Origin: Candidatus Multivoradales bacterium
GTDB taxonomy: Bacteria > Acidobacteriota > Thermoanaerobaculia > Multivoradales > Multivoraceae
Direction of reading: 5' to 3'
Length of the DNA: 64,000 nt
NCBI GenBank assembly: GCA_965223325.1
Contig: CBDCWI010000002.1
Location: forward strand, 3,008,001 to 3,072,000
The translations under genes and the position numbers were made by a program. Below are positions 29,539-39,407 of the stretch, piece after piece. The notes under the pieces are model-generated. The model made no database searches and had not been told where the DNA came from. It saw nothing but the letters and a program-made list of their open reading frames with translations. Every line of letters starts with the position of its first letter. The first letter of the stretch is position 1.

Positions 29539-30198
29539 CTAGAGAAGGCTCTCGATCTGGTCGCTAAGTGCCCGCCGGAGCTTCTTCATCGCCAGCAGAG
29601 TGCGGGTTTTGACCGTTCCCAGAGGGATTCCGGTCGACGACGCAATCTCGCTCTGGGTCATGCCGGCAAAGAACGCCAGCTCGATAGCCTGGCGCTGCTC
29701 ATCGGGCAGCTGCGCCAGTTCCCCCTCCAGCACGGCCCGTCGCTCGTCTTTCAATACGGCTGCGGCGCCCTCGGGAGATGTATCGAGAGCCGGTTTTTCT
29801 CGGGCCGAAGCCTCACGAGTACGGGCCGCCACCTGCCGCGAGCGCAAGCGGTCGATGGCCCGGCTGCGAGCAATGAGCACCAGCCAGGTCGACACCGAGC
29901 TGCGCGCAGGGTCATAGCGCGGCGCCTGGCGCCAAACCTGGACCAGCGCATCCTGAAGCACGTCTTCGGCTTCGGCATCCCCGACGACGCGCCGGACAAG
30001 CGCCAGCAGCATGGGCGCGAACCGATCATAGAGCGCACCAAGCGCCGACTCGTCGCCGGCAGCCAGTCGCTCGACGAGGCGGACCTCCTCCTTGTGAGTG
30101 TCGGCACTTCTCTGGACAGGGGCCGAAGTCAAAGGTTCCAGCTCCGTTCTTGCGATCGGGGGCGAGTCGGCGGAAGGACCGAAGTATAGCGCCCCCAC
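29539..30198 (-). CDS. ECF RNA polymerase sigma factor (SigK-like)
   Basis: ALGALYDR, AEDVLQD, YDPARSSVSTWL...RSRAIDRLR, TQSEIA...IPLGTVKTR; start uncertain. Confidence 0.93.
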   Translation of the reverse strand: MGALYFGPSADSPPIARTELEPLTSAPVQRSADTHKEEVRLVERLAAGDESALGALYDRFAPMLLALVRRVVGDAEAEDVLQDALVQVWRQAPRYDPARSSVSTWLVLIARSRAIDRLRSRQVAARTREASAREKPALDTSPEGAAAVLKDERRAVLEGELAQLPDEQRQAIELAFFAGMTQSEIASSTGIPLGTVKTRTLLAMKKLRRALSDQIESLL

Positions 30199-30476
30199 CC
30201 ACTAGCAACGGTCAGCAGCGGGCTGTATCAAGAAACGAGCGGAGCACGCCGAGGTTTCCGTCTTCACTCCGAAACACACACCACCCGGGCGCAAAAAGGG
30301 CGCGGCGCCTGGCCACCGCCTTCAATCCGAAGGTGCAGGTCGCGCCTCGTGCACCTCGTCGAAGTCCCGGAAGGGTTTCTGGACCTCGACGCTCCCGATC
30401 ACCTGGCAAATGCTGAATATCCCCTCGCTGTAGAGCACCGGACAGCCGCCGAGTATGTGGCGTTCGAGTCGCGCGT

Positions 30477-33086
30477 TCAGTCATCCCGCAGCGCGGTCAC
30501 GGGATCGAGGCGCGATGCTCGCCGGGCCGGTGCCCAGGAGGCCAGCGCTCCGATCAGGGCCAGAAGCAGAGCGACGCCAATCAGGACTCCCGGATCGAAC
30601 AGCGAGGTCTCGAACAGAAGGCCTTCGAGAAAGCGACCCATGGCGACCGCCCCGAACACGCCCAGGAGGAGCCCGCTCCCCACCAGCGCGAACCCGCGCC
30701 GTACTACCAGCCGGGTGAGGTCTCGAGGCCTGGCCCCGAGCGCGATGCGCACACCCATTTCGTGGCGGCGTCGCGATACGGCATACGAGATCAGGCCGAA
30801 GACACCGAGTGCCGCAAGCACCAGGGCGACGACGGAGAACACCGCCAGCGTGCTGACGTTGAGTCGGGAACCAGCGAGGGCTTCGCTGCGATTCTGGGAG
30901 AGACTGCCGATCTCGCGTGGTGCTAGGAGCGGGTCGAGCTCCAGGATGGCGTCTTCCAGCGCCGGGGCCAGGGCGAGTGGCGAGCTGTCGGTGCGCAACA
31001 TCACAGTCATGCTCGGCCAACCGACTACCGATTGCGGAAGATAGATCATCGGCGGCGGTTCCGATTCCAGTGCGAGGTCGCGCACCTCGGTGACAACGCC
31101 GACGACCTCGAACAGCGGACCGTCGGGGCGGTTCCAGAGCACCCGACGCCCGAGCGGATCCTCTCCCGGCCACAGGCGCTCGGCCAGCTGGGCACTCACG
31201 ATCGCTTCGAGGGTTTCCTCTTCGTGGCCTTGGAACGAACGGCCGCGCAACATCGGGATCCGTAGCGTCGAGAAGTAGCCAGGAGTCACCCCCCGCCACT
31301 GCACCCAGACGAAGTTGTCCTCCTCGGTGGTGAGCTCGCGGGCGACCCGGTTGGTCGGACTCGGGCCACGGAAAGGGCTGACCATGCCTGCTCCGACCGA
31401 TTCGACGCCAGGCATCCCTGCCAGACGCTCTTCGAGCACACGGTAGAAGCTACCCACGGCGTCTGCCTGCTCAGGGTAGCGTTCCTCCGGCAAGGCGATC
31501 TCAGCCCGCACGACGCCCTCGACCTCGAAGCCAGCGTCGACAGTTGAAAGCTCCCAGAAGCTGCGCGCCAGGAGGCCTGCTCCGATCGCCAGCACCATGG
31601 CCAGCGCCAGCTCGGCGACGACCAGACCGGTGCGAAAGCGATGACCCCGTCGCGCGCCGCCATCCTGGCGGCCCGTCCGCCCCGTGGCAGAGAGCGAGCC
31701 CGCCGTCGCGTGTAGTGCCGGAGCCAGACCGAACAGCACACTGGTGGCAAGCGCGATCGTGATCACGACCGCAAGAACCCGGCCGTCGAGCACCATTTCG
31801 TCCATCCGAGGGAACGGCTGGGTCTCGAGACCGCGCAGCGCGGGAATCGTGACGGCGGCGAGCAAGAGGCCTGCTCCGGCACCGGCGACGCCAAGGACCA
31901 GCGATTCGGTCAGCAGCTGGCGCACGATGCGGGGGCGGCTGGCACCTAGGGCCAGGCGAAGGCCGATCTCGCTCCCTCGATGGCTGGCACGCGCGAGGAG
32001 CAGGTTGGAAACGTTGGCGCAGGCAAGCAGCAGCAAGAGTCCTACTGCTCCGAGCAGCACCAGATTGGCGCGCTCGACCTGCGGACCGATCAACCACTCG
32101 GAAAAGGGCACGACCAGCGCACTCCAACCGTCGTTCGAGTCCGGATACCGCTCACCCAGCGCCGTGGCAATCCCCTCGAGCTCGGCGTTGGCCTGCTCGA
32201 GAGAAACGCCGGGGGCCAGACGAGCGATCGCCTCGATACGGTGGTCGGCGCGCACGTAGTCGGCGTCGGGTACGAAGGGAAACCAGATCTCTGGACTGCT
32301 GAGAAACCGAAAGTCCTCGGGCAGAACACCGATCACAGTGAAGCGCTCGCCATCGAGATCGAGCGCCCGACCGACGATGCTCTGCTCGCCGCCGAAGCGC
32401 CCGCGCCAGGCGGCATGGCTGAGAAGCACGACTCTTGGATTGCTGCCGGGTACCGCCTCCTCGTCACCGAAGGCTCGACCGAGAATCGGCTCGGTACCGA
32501 GTACGTCGAAGAAGGAGTGGCTGACTGTCAGCCCACTGAGAAGCTCCGGGCCGGCTGCGGTGCGCAGCGAAGGCTGCGGGGGTGGAAAGGCGATCGCTGC
32601 CATATCGACCAGGGACGTCGTGCGCTCGCGGAAATCGAGGAAGTTGGGGTCTGAAGTCGAAAACCGATCACCCTGCGGTGTCGTTTCCCAGAACCGCACG
32701 AGTCGTTCGGCCTGGTCGAAAGGAAGTGGCCGGAGCAGAACGGCATGTACCAGGCTGAAGATCACCGCACACGCCCCGATGCCGGCCGCGAGACTCGTAA
32801 CCGCCGTCACGGTGAACAGAGGAGAACGAGCCAGTGCCCGGCATGCCTCCCTGGTGTCGCGACGAAAGTCATCGAGCAGGCGGAATGGCCGCTCGTCGCG
32901 GCATGCCTCCTTGGCCGCTTCGTAGCTGCCGAAGTTCAGCCGCGCCTCGCGCCGCGCCGCCCGCGGTGCCAGACCCTCTTCAACGAGCCTCTCGGTTTCC
33001 ATCTCGAGGTGAAACTGCAGCTCGTCGTCGAGCTCGACATTGCGGATCCAGTTGCGAATCACCGGAAGCTTGCGAAGCCTTAGCAT
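30477..33086 (-). CDS. ADOP-type duplicated MacB/FtsX permease
   Basis: N-terminal LDDELQFHLE prefix domain, LLIACANV-like LLLACANVSNLLLAR, two RxALGA motifs, PARRASRLDPVTALR end. Confidence 0.93.
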   Translation of the reverse strand: MLRLRKLPVIRNWIRNVELDDELQFHLEMETERLVEEGLAPRAARREARLNFGSYEAAKEACRDERPFRLLDDFRRDTREACRALARSPLFTVTAVTSLAAGIGACAVIFSLVHAVLLRPLPFDQAERLVRFWETTPQGDRFSTSDPNFLDFRERTTSLVDMAAIAFPPPQPSLRTAAGPELLSGLTVSHSFFDVLGTEPILGRAFGDEEAVPGSNPRVVLLSHAAWRGRFGGEQSIVGRALDLDGERFTVIGVLPEDFRFLSSPEIWFPFVPDADYVRADHRIEAIARLAPGVSLEQANAELEGIATALGERYPDSNDGWSALVVPFSEWLIGPQVERANLVLLGAVGLLLLLACANVSNLLLARASHRGSEIGLRLALGASRPRIVRQLLTESLVLGVAGAGAGLLLAAVTIPALRGLETQPFPRMDEMVLDGRVLAVVITIALATSVLFGLAPALHATAGSLSATGRTGRQDGGARRGHRFRTGLVVAELALAMVLAIGAGLLARSFWELSTVDAGFEVEGVVRAEIALPEERYPEQADAVGSFYRVLEERLAGMPGVESVGAGMVSPFRGPSPTNRVARELTTEEDNFVWVQWRGVTPGYFSTLRIPMLRGRSFQGHEEETLEAIVSAQLAERLWPGEDPLGRRVLWNRPDGPLFEVVGVVTEVRDLALESEPPPMIYLPQSVVGWPSMTVMLRTDSSPLALAPALEDAILELDPLLAPREIGSLSQNRSEALAGSRLNVSTLAVFSVVALVLAALGVFGLISYAVSRRRHEMGVRIALGARPRDLTRLVVRRGFALVGSGLLLGVFGAVAMGRFLEGLLFETSLFDPGVLIGVALLLALIGALASWAPARRASRLDPVTALRDD

Positions 33087-33100
33087 GTTGGGCGATTACC

Positions 33101-33454
33101 TCAAGCGTGCTGGAGCACGCGATGGATGGCAGAGGACAGGCGCTCCCAGTTCTCGGTCTCACGTTTGAGCTCACGACGGCCAATTGCGGTCAGTCGATAG
33201 AACCTGGCCTTTCGGTTGTTCTGCGACAGGCCCCACGCGGAGCGGATCCAACCTCGCCGTTGCAGCCGGTGGAGTGACGGGTAGAGCGAGCCCTGGTTGA
33301 CCAGGATCTCGTCGCCCGAGACTTGCTGAATACGCTGCGAGATACCCCAGCCGTGCATCGGGCCAACAACCAGGGTGCGCAGGATGAGAAGGTCGAGCGT
33401 GCCCTGCAAGATGTCGGGCCGCGATTCTCTGGTCTTCTTCGCAGGTCGGGACAA
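33101..33454 (-). CDS. PadR-family regulator (acidobacterial type)
   Basis: LQGTLDLLIL...HGWGI...GSLYPSLHRL...NNRKARFYRLT; sits directly upstream of the ADOP permease. Confidence 0.93.
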   Translation of the reverse strand: MSRPAKKTRESRPDILQGTLDLLILRTLVVGPMHGWGISQRIQQVSGDEILVNQGSLYPSLHRLQRRGWIRSAWGLSQNNRKARFYRLTAIGRRELKRETENWERLSSAIHRVLQHA

Positions 33455-33460
33455 AGACTT

Positions 33461-33516
33461 CTCCTGTAGATCATCTACAAGAAGGATACTCGGTTCTCTT
33501 GTAGAACGTCAAGGGG
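33461..33516 (-). promoter_or_regulatory. padR promoter with two putative PadR operators
   Basis: -35 TTGACG (33512-33507), 18 bp, -10 TATCCT (33488-33483); palindrome TGTAGA-N3-TCTACA (33465-33479) and degenerate copy TGTAGA-ACG-TCAAGG (33500-33514). Confidence 0.7.
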
Positions 33517-33602
33517 AAGGAGCGGTTCGCTGCAGGTTTCGTGTCCACCACCGGCGCGGCAGCGGAGCAAGCGGCATCGAGAGGCGCGACGCGAGCGGCC
33601 TG

Positions 33603-34886
33603 TCAGGTCTGCGCGTTGGCCAGGTCTTCTCTCAAGTGCCGTGTTGAATAGAAGTAGTGCACGGAACACCAGACGTTGACCAGAATGACCGCCACCAGCG
33701 CGTAGCGAAGGCCGAGTGCCGGGTCGCCAAGCCTCTTGCCGAGGAGGTCGGAGAGCCAACCGGTAAGGAACGGCCCGAGGCCGAGGCCGATGAAGTTGAG
33801 GATCAGAAAAAGGATGCTCGAGGCAACCGCTCGCATCCGCGCCGAGACCATGGCATGGGTCATGGCGAGCATCGGGCCGAGATACATGAGACCGAGGCCG
33901 GTCGAGATCGTCGAAACTGCAATGGCTGGCCGCGGCCAGGGCGAAAGGTAGACGAACAGCGCGATGGGTATGGAAATCACGATCGCGCCGGCCGGTAGCC
34001 ACACGTACCAGCGCATGTCGCGACGGCCGAGGCGATCGGCGAAGTAACCGCCAAAGAAGGTACCCAGACCACCACCAATGGCGGCTGCCGGGGCCAACCA
34101 ATTGGCGACTTCACCTGACCCCATGCCGTGGAAGCGAATGAAATAGGACGCAGCGAACTGGGAGACGCCATAACCCACGAAGGCATGCAGACCGGCCGCG
34201 ATGGCCATATGCCGGAACGAGCGGCGCGACCACAAAAAGCGCACGACGGTCATGATCGGGGGCGCGTCCGCCACCTCGATGGCTTGTTCAGACAGACCTC
34301 GCGGGGGTTCGCGGATGAGAGCGCGAACCACCAGGGCAAATGCCACTCCCGGGATTCCCAGGGTAAAGAAGGCAACTCGCCAGCCGAGGAACTCGTTGAT
34401 CCAGCCGCCGGCAAGAAAGCCAACGAACACCCCAAAGGGTATGCCGAGGTTGTAGATCGAGAGAGCGGTGGCTCGTTCGCCAGGCGCGAAGAGGTCAGAG
34501 ATCAACGAATGCGACGGTGGGCTGCAGCCGGCCTCGCCGACGCCGACGCCGATGCGGGCGAGCAGGAGCTGCCAGTACACCTGGGCCAGGCCACACACTG
34601 CGGTCATCAAGCTCCAGACCGCGAGAGAGACCGAAATGATCGTCACCCGGTTCCCGCGGTCCGCCATGCGCGCTATTGGCACGCCCACCGTGACGTAGAA
34701 GACCGCGAACGCGAAACCCGAAAGCAGGCCGAGTTGCGCATCGGATAGGTGGAGGTCGACCTTGATCGCCTCTTGCAAAATGACGAGGATCTGGCGATCG
34801 AGGAAGTTGAAGACGTAGACGCCGGTTAGCAACGCCAGGGTTCGATTACGTCTCAGTAACGCTAGCTCCGCATCGGCATCTGCCAA
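33603..34886 (-). CDS. MFS transporter, spinster-like
   Basis: NFLDRQIL, LSDAQLGLL, ADRGNR, RIGVGVGEAG, SLISDLF; about 12 TM. Confidence 0.92.
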   Translation of the reverse strand: MADADAELALLRRNRTLALLTGVYVFNFLDRQILVILQEAIKVDLHLSDAQLGLLSGFAFAVFYVTVGVPIARMADRGNRVTIISVSLAVWSLMTAVCGLAQVYWQLLLARIGVGVGEAGCSPPSHSLISDLFAPGERATALSIYNLGIPFGVFVGFLAGGWINEFLGWRVAFFTLGIPGVAFALVVRALIREPPRGLSEQAIEVADAPPIMTVVRFLWSRRSFRHMAIAAGLHAFVGYGVSQFAASYFIRFHGMGSGEVANWLAPAAAIGGGLGTFFGGYFADRLGRRDMRWYVWLPAGAIVISIPIALFVYLSPWPRPAIAVSTISTGLGLMYLGPMLAMTHAMVSARMRAVASSILFLILNFIGLGLGPFLTGWLSDLLGKRLGDPALGLRYALVAVILVNVWCSVHYFYSTRHLREDLANAQT

Positions 34887-35002
34887 TGGAACCCCCCCTC
34901 ATCAACGACTCGCTGGCTGGGATCAAGGTACCACGGCAAGAGAGGAGCCCATCCCGGTGCGCACTACACTGGAGCAACCGCGTCATGACAGGAGGTCCGG
35001 TG

Positions 35003-36094
35003 ATGTTCCGAATCGTTTCTCTGCTCTGTGTTCTCAGTCTCTCCCTGGTCGCTGGCCAGAGCTTTGCTGCTGGCCCGGGCCAAACGCCCGCGGAGAATCG
35101 GCCCGACTTCTCCGGCACTTACAACGCAGCCACCCTGACTCCCCTCGAACGACCGCCGGCGCTCGGTGAGCGCGCGTATTTGACGCCGGAGGAGGCTCGC
35201 GAGCTCGCCCTCGAGGAAGCGCGCATCCAGGTCCTCGCCGAGAGCCAGTCGAGCGCCGACCGCGAAGCGCCACCGGAGGGAGGCGCCAAGGTGGTCGGGC
35301 TCGAGCACACCGAGACCGGCGGCAACGAGTTCGGCGCCGGAAACGTGGGTGCCTACAACATGTTCTGGATGGATCGTGGAACCGACGCATTCACCATCGA
35401 CGGCAAAGTCCCGACTTCGATCCTGATCGAGCCCAAGAACGGCCGCCTTCCCCCGATGACTCCCGATGCGGCAGAGGAACTGATGGTCCAGCTCGAGAGC
35501 CTCCTACGCCCCAACGACGGCACCGCCTGGTGGGTCCACGAGGACCGCCCCGGCCCCTACGATGGGCCGGAGTCGCTACCGCTACGCGAACGTTGCCTGC
35601 TCGGCTTTACCGGTGTCGCCCCGACCCTTCCAGGTCTCTACAACAACATGAAACGCATCGTGCAGACCGAAACCCACGTCGTCATTCTTCTCGAGATGGT
35701 CCACGACGCACGCGTCGTGCGCATGAACTCGAAACACCCCGGGCCCGAGTCACGCTACTGGCTTGGCGACTCGATTGGCTGGTGGGATAACGACACGCTG
35801 GTCGTCGACACCACGAACTTCCGGCCCCAACCCGGCATGCGCGGCGGCGGCTCGGTGAACAAGCACGTCGTCGAACGCTTCACCATGCAACCCAACGGCG
35901 ACGTGATCTACCGCTTTACCGTCGAGGATGAGACGGTCTGGACACAGCCCTGGACGGGTGAGTACCTGTGGCGGGCCTCCGATGATCGGGTGTATGAGTA
36001 TGCCTGCCACGAGGGTAACTACGCGATGACCAACGTTCTGCGCGGCGCGCGCCTACTCGAGCAGGAAGAGCTCGCGAAATCGGGCTCCGACTGA
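35003..36094 (+). CDS. Exported conserved hypothetical protein
   Basis: Signal peptide; PDFSG, ERC, GDSIGWWDNDTLVVDTTNF and YEYACHEGNYA motifs of an uncharacterised family; GGAGG RBS. Confidence 0.8.
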   Translation: MFRIVSLLCVLSLSLVAGQSFAAGPGQTPAENRPDFSGTYNAATLTPLERPPALGERAYLTPEEARELALEEARIQVLAESQSSADREAPPEGGAKVVGLEHTETGGNEFGAGNVGAYNMFWMDRGTDAFTIDGKVPTSILIEPKNGRLPPMTPDAAEELMVQLESLLRPNDGTAWWVHEDRPGPYDGPESLPLRERCLLGFTGVAPTLPGLYNNMKRIVQTETHVVILLEMVHDARVVRMNSKHPGPESRYWLGDSIGWWDNDTLVVDTTNFRPQPGMRGGGSVNKHVVERFTMQPNGDVIYRFTVEDETVWTQPWTGEYLWRASDDRVYEYACHEGNYAMTNVLRGARLLEQEELAKSGSD

Positions 36095-36102
36095 GGCTTA
36101 GG

Positions 36103-36789
36103 ATGAGGAAGCTACCGGAAGCCACCATTGTCTTCGATCTCGAGGGTCAGCCCGGAGCTCTGGAGGCCGTTTTCGAGCCGGCCGCTGGACCAACTGCAGC
36201 TGGCAAAGCGCCACCCGGAGTGGCCATCGTTCTACACCCTCACCCGCTCTACGGTGGCGACATGCACAACGCGGTCGTGCAAGCGGTTTCGCATCACTGG
36301 AGGGAGCGGGGCATCGGCACCTTGCGCTTCAACTTTCGCGGTACCGGCAGGAGCGCCGGCACTCACGACCAGGGTCGTGGCGAGATTGACGACCTCGACG
36401 CTGCGATTCGCTGGGTCTCTCCATCTGGCTCCGATACCGCTCTTTGGCTGGCCGGCTACTCGTTCGGCGCCGCGGTGCTGATGAAGTGGCTGACGAGAAA
36501 CGCCAGAGAGACGGGGGCCAACAGGCCGGAAGCAGCCCTCCTGCTCGCGCCCCCGATCGAGCACTACGACTTCACCGGTCTTGCGGCCAACAACGTTCCC
36601 CTGGCACTCGTCTGCGCCACTGCCGACGGCCTCACGCCCAGGGCAGTGTTGGAGGAGAAGGCACTTGGCTGGGGAGGATCGCCCAAAACGTTCTGGATCG
36701 AAGGAGCCGGCCACGATCTTGCCGCTGGCACCGCCACCTTCAACCACACCGTAACGCGAGCACTGCGAGCGCTCGCTGGCGAACCCTAG
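36103..36789 (+). CDS. Alpha/beta hydrolase (COG2945-like)
   Basis: HPHPLYGGDMHN, RFNFRGTGRS, AGYSFG, GAGH. Confidence 0.9.
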   Translation: MRKLPEATIVFDLEGQPGALEAVFEPAAGPTAAGKAPPGVAIVLHPHPLYGGDMHNAVVQAVSHHWRERGIGTLRFNFRGTGRSAGTHDQGRGEIDDLDAAIRWVSPSGSDTALWLAGYSFGAAVLMKWLTRNARETGANRPEAALLLAPPIEHYDFTGLAANNVPLALVCATADGLTPRAVLEEKALGWGGSPKTFWIEGAGHDLAAGTATFNHTVTRALRALAGEP

Positions 36790-37262
36790 AGCTCGTACGA
36801 AAGCTCGTAGCTGTGGCCGCCCCCGCCCTGGGTGATCGCCATCGACCCACGAATCGTCGCCAGGTCACCGGTACCGGAACCCTCGAGAATGACGACCTCG
36901 AGGGACTGGGTCTCCTTGTCCATGAAACCGCTATGGACCAGGGTGAAGCCACCGCTCTTGCCGTCGAGCGACCCTTCGAACTCTTCGATGGCATGGTAAA
37001 CAGCGGCACCACCTTCGGTGCGCTTGCTGATCATCTGGCCGGTTCCCGAACCGACGAGACCACCGCTGTAGGTCTTGGCGATCAACATGCGACCGGCTGG
37101 ATAGTCGGCGTCTTCCTGGGGCTTCAGACTGACTTCGAAGGTACCGGTGGTCGACATCGCTGGTTTCTCCTCGGCAGCTCCATCCGCTGCTGGCAATCCC
37201 GAGGCTATGAGCAGGAGACCGACAACCTGAAGTCGTCGCAGCTCTGTTCCTGAAAGATTCAT
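36786..37262 (-). CDS. DUF3224-family protein
   Basis: GTFEV, KTYSGGLVG, AIEEFEGSLDGKSGGF-x-x-x-H, GSGTGDL, H-x-Y-x-L-x-Y; alternative start 37157. Confidence 0.85.
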   Translation of the reverse strand: MNLSGTELRRLQVVGLLLIASGLPAADGAAEEKPAMSTTGTFEVSLKPQEDADYPAGRMLIAKTYSGGLVGSGTGQMISKRTEGGAAVYHAIEEFEGSLDGKSGGFTLVHSGFMDKETQSLEVVILEGSGTGDLATIRGSMAITQGGGGHSYELSYEL

Positions 37263-37276
37263 TGCTTGGCCCCTCC

Positions 37277-37915
37277 TCAGGAGGCCGAACCGGTGGCGAT
37301 CCCCAGTCGTTGCCGCAACTCGTCTTCTGCTTTGCCCGCCGAGGCTGGCTTGGCCTCGAAGGGTTCGAAACAACGACGGCACCTGGCCTCGTACGATTCA
37401 ACGTCACCCACTTGAAGCTGGTCGTCCCCGCCGGCGATTCGCTGGCTGTAGTGCGCCGGTGAACCGCAGCGCACGCAGATGGCGTGCATCTTGTCGACAT
37501 ACTCGGCAACCGAGAGCAAACCCGGAAGCGGGCCGAAGGGGCGCCGCAGGTAGTCCTGGTCGAGACCAGCCACCAGCACTCGCACGCCGAGGTCGGCGAG
37601 CTCCTGACAGAGGTCGATGAGGCCCTCGTCGAAGAACTGCGCCTCGTCGATTCCAACTACCGACACGCCGAGCTCGAGGCGCGTGCGCAGCTCGGCGGTC
37701 GAGGCGACGGTGATCGCTGAGATATCGCGTTTGTCACGCGTGACGATGCGTTCGGTACCGGCGCGGGTATCGCGGGCGGGCTGGAAGACCTGGACACGCT
37801 GGCGGGCGATGATGGCGCGCCGCAGACGGCGCACGAGTTCCTCGCTCTTGCCAGAGAACATCCCTCCAGTGATCACCTCGATCCGTCCACCGCTCATGTC
37901 TGTCACGCGCTCCAT
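37277..37915 (-). CDS. tdk: Thymidine kinase
   Basis: GGMFSGKSEEL, IDEAQFF, VAGLD, AICVRCG...YEARCRRCF. Confidence 0.96.
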   Translation of the reverse strand: MERVTDMSGGRIEVITGGMFSGKSEELVRRLRRAIIARQRVQVFQPARDTRAGTERIVTRDKRDISAITVASTAELRTRLELGVSVVGIDEAQFFDEGLIDLCQELADLGVRVLVAGLDQDYLRRPFGPLPGLLSVAEYVDKMHAICVRCGSPAHYSQRIAGGDDQLQVGDVESYEARCRRCFEPFEAKPASAGKAEDELRQRLGIATGSAS

Positions 37916-38057
37916 TTCGTCCTCCCTATGAGGGGCTTTCTGCCGCGCCGAGAAGGCGCCGGCGGAGCCGCATGATATCGCTCCTAACGCCCGCAGGATA
38001 TGAGGTTTCGGCGCCTTCGCCGGCCTCCGGTGGAACTCGCGCACGACGGCACCGTTC

Positions 38058-38086
38058 TTGACGGATGATGGTCTCATGCGTACATT
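38058..38086 (+). promoter_or_regulatory. Sigma-70 promoter of the A-type Fe-S carrier gene
   Basis: TTGACG-17 bp-TACATT. Confidence 0.6.
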
Positions 38087-38173
38087 GGATGGTGCCCTGG
38101 CAACCACTCCCGGGAATGCCAGGCCGGCCAGAGCACGTTGTGGTGCAGGCACGAACCGCGAGACTCCGTACCC

Positions 38174-38539
38174 ATGAGCCAAACCGACACCCTGATCCTC
38201 GAGCGCCCCGAGACCATTGCGTTGACCCCGAAGGCAATCCGCATGGTCAAGCTCACGCGCGAGGAAGAACAGATCGACTCGAGCTACGGGCTCCGGGTCG
38301 GCGTGCGGGGCGGCGGCTGCAGCGGCTTCGAGTACGCCCTCGACTTCGACAACGAGGCGCGCGAGAACGACGAGGTCATCGAGTACGACGACCTCAAGAT
38401 CTTCATCGACCCGATCAGCCTGCGCTACCTCGCCGGCACGGTGATCGACTACGAGCTGGGCATGGCCGGCACGGGGTTCAAGTTCAACAATCCCGCCGCC
38501 ACCGGAACCTGCGGGTGCGGTTCTTCGTTCGCAGTCTGA
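38174..38539 (+). CDS. A-type iron-sulfur cluster carrier (IscA/ErpA/HesB)
   Basis: GGGCSGFEY, GFKFNNP, CGCGSSF. Confidence 0.96.
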   Translation: MSQTDTLILERPETIALTPKAIRMVKLTREEEQIDSSYGLRVGVRGGGCSGFEYALDFDNEARENDEVIEYDDLKIFIDPISLRYLAGTVIDYELGMAGTGFKFNNPAATGTCGCGSSFAV

Positions 38540-38955
38540 GCCTCGCCGCTCTGGTCTTGGTAACGACCGCGACTGGCGCACTCGAAGCGCAGGCTACCCA
38601 TAGCTCTGAGACCGCATCGTCTCGTCGCGCTTCGTCGCGCACCCTACCGGCACCGTACACACGCGGCTTCTGCATTCAGGGTTGGTGCCGCGACACGAGC
38701 TGTGGTCTCGAAGAACGCGGCGGTCCGTTGACGTGCCGGCAGACGATCAAGATCGGCGAGAAACAGAAACGCTGCGTCGTCTGTGTCGGCGAAGAACCGT
38801 GCAGTGAATACGACATCGAGTTCACCAAAGACGGCAAGCGCCGGCTGGTGAACATACGCGATCACGAGACGCCGAGGAAATGCGCGCGTGCTTGTCGACG
38901 GTTTCTGCGTGAGAACCCGCAACTACGACCAGGCCGGGACTACGAGCGACGCTGA
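38515..38955 (+). CDS. Small exported cysteine-rich hypothetical protein (146 aa, 9 Cys)
   Basis: GTG 38515 yields a signal peptide MRFFVRSLSLAALVLVTTATGALEA-QA; fills the gap to vapC; overlaps the iscA end by 25 nt. Confidence 0.6.
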   Translation: MRFFVRSLSLAALVLVTTATGALEAQATHSSETASSRRASSRTLPAPYTRGFCIQGWCRDTSCGLEERGGPLTCRQTIKIGEKQKRCVVCVGEEPCSEYDIEFTKDGKRRLVNIRDHETPRKCARACRRFLRENPQLRPGRDYERR

Positions 38956-38981
38956 GCCACTCTCTGTCTCTCCAGTGAACC

Positions 38982-39407
38982 TCAGGCGATAGGGTTTTCC
39001 CAAGTGAGCTCAGTGAACCTGGCGAAGTCTGTGTCAGCAGAGTAGACCGTGAGGCCGTGCTGGACTGCCAATGCCGCGAGTTGCGCATCCGTGATGAGGT
39101 TTGCTCGCAGATCGTAGCGGCGAATCAGACCGCCCAGAACCGTCGCATGATGCGCCGTTGGACCTGGAGCCCAGGTCAGGTCACATTCCAACCAATCCTC
39201 GACGAACCGCCAAGCCTCCGCCGGAGCCAGTGGATTGGCCGATGCGCGGGGGTTCGTTGTGATGCGGACAAAGGCGGCCAGGCTGAGCCACGGCAATCCA
39301 ACGCGCCGCTCCCCATTCATGCATTCCGAGAGCCAATCGAATGCTCGTGGATGATGAGGAGAGCCTTCGTCAACCGCGTAGATCAGTAGGTTGGCATCGA
39401 TCAGCAT
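38982..39407 (-). CDS. vapC: VapC (PIN) toxin
   Basis: IDANLLIYA, DAQLAALA, SADTDF acidic PIN residues; coupled to an upstream antitoxin. Confidence 0.93.
   Translation of the reverse strand: MLIDANLLIYAVDEGSPHHPRAFDWLSECMNGERRVGLPWLSLAAFVRITTNPRASANPLAPAEAWRFVEDWLECDLTWAPGPTAHHATVLGGLIRRYDLRANLITDAQLAALAVQHGLTVYSADTDFARFTELTWENPIA

Noticed and set aside
30349-30480. Protein-like stretch MHLVEVPEGFLDLDAPDHLANAEYP in the sigma-ADOP gap
   Set aside because: No RBS, the ORF runs antisense into the permease gene, and no family is recognised; at most a gene remnant.
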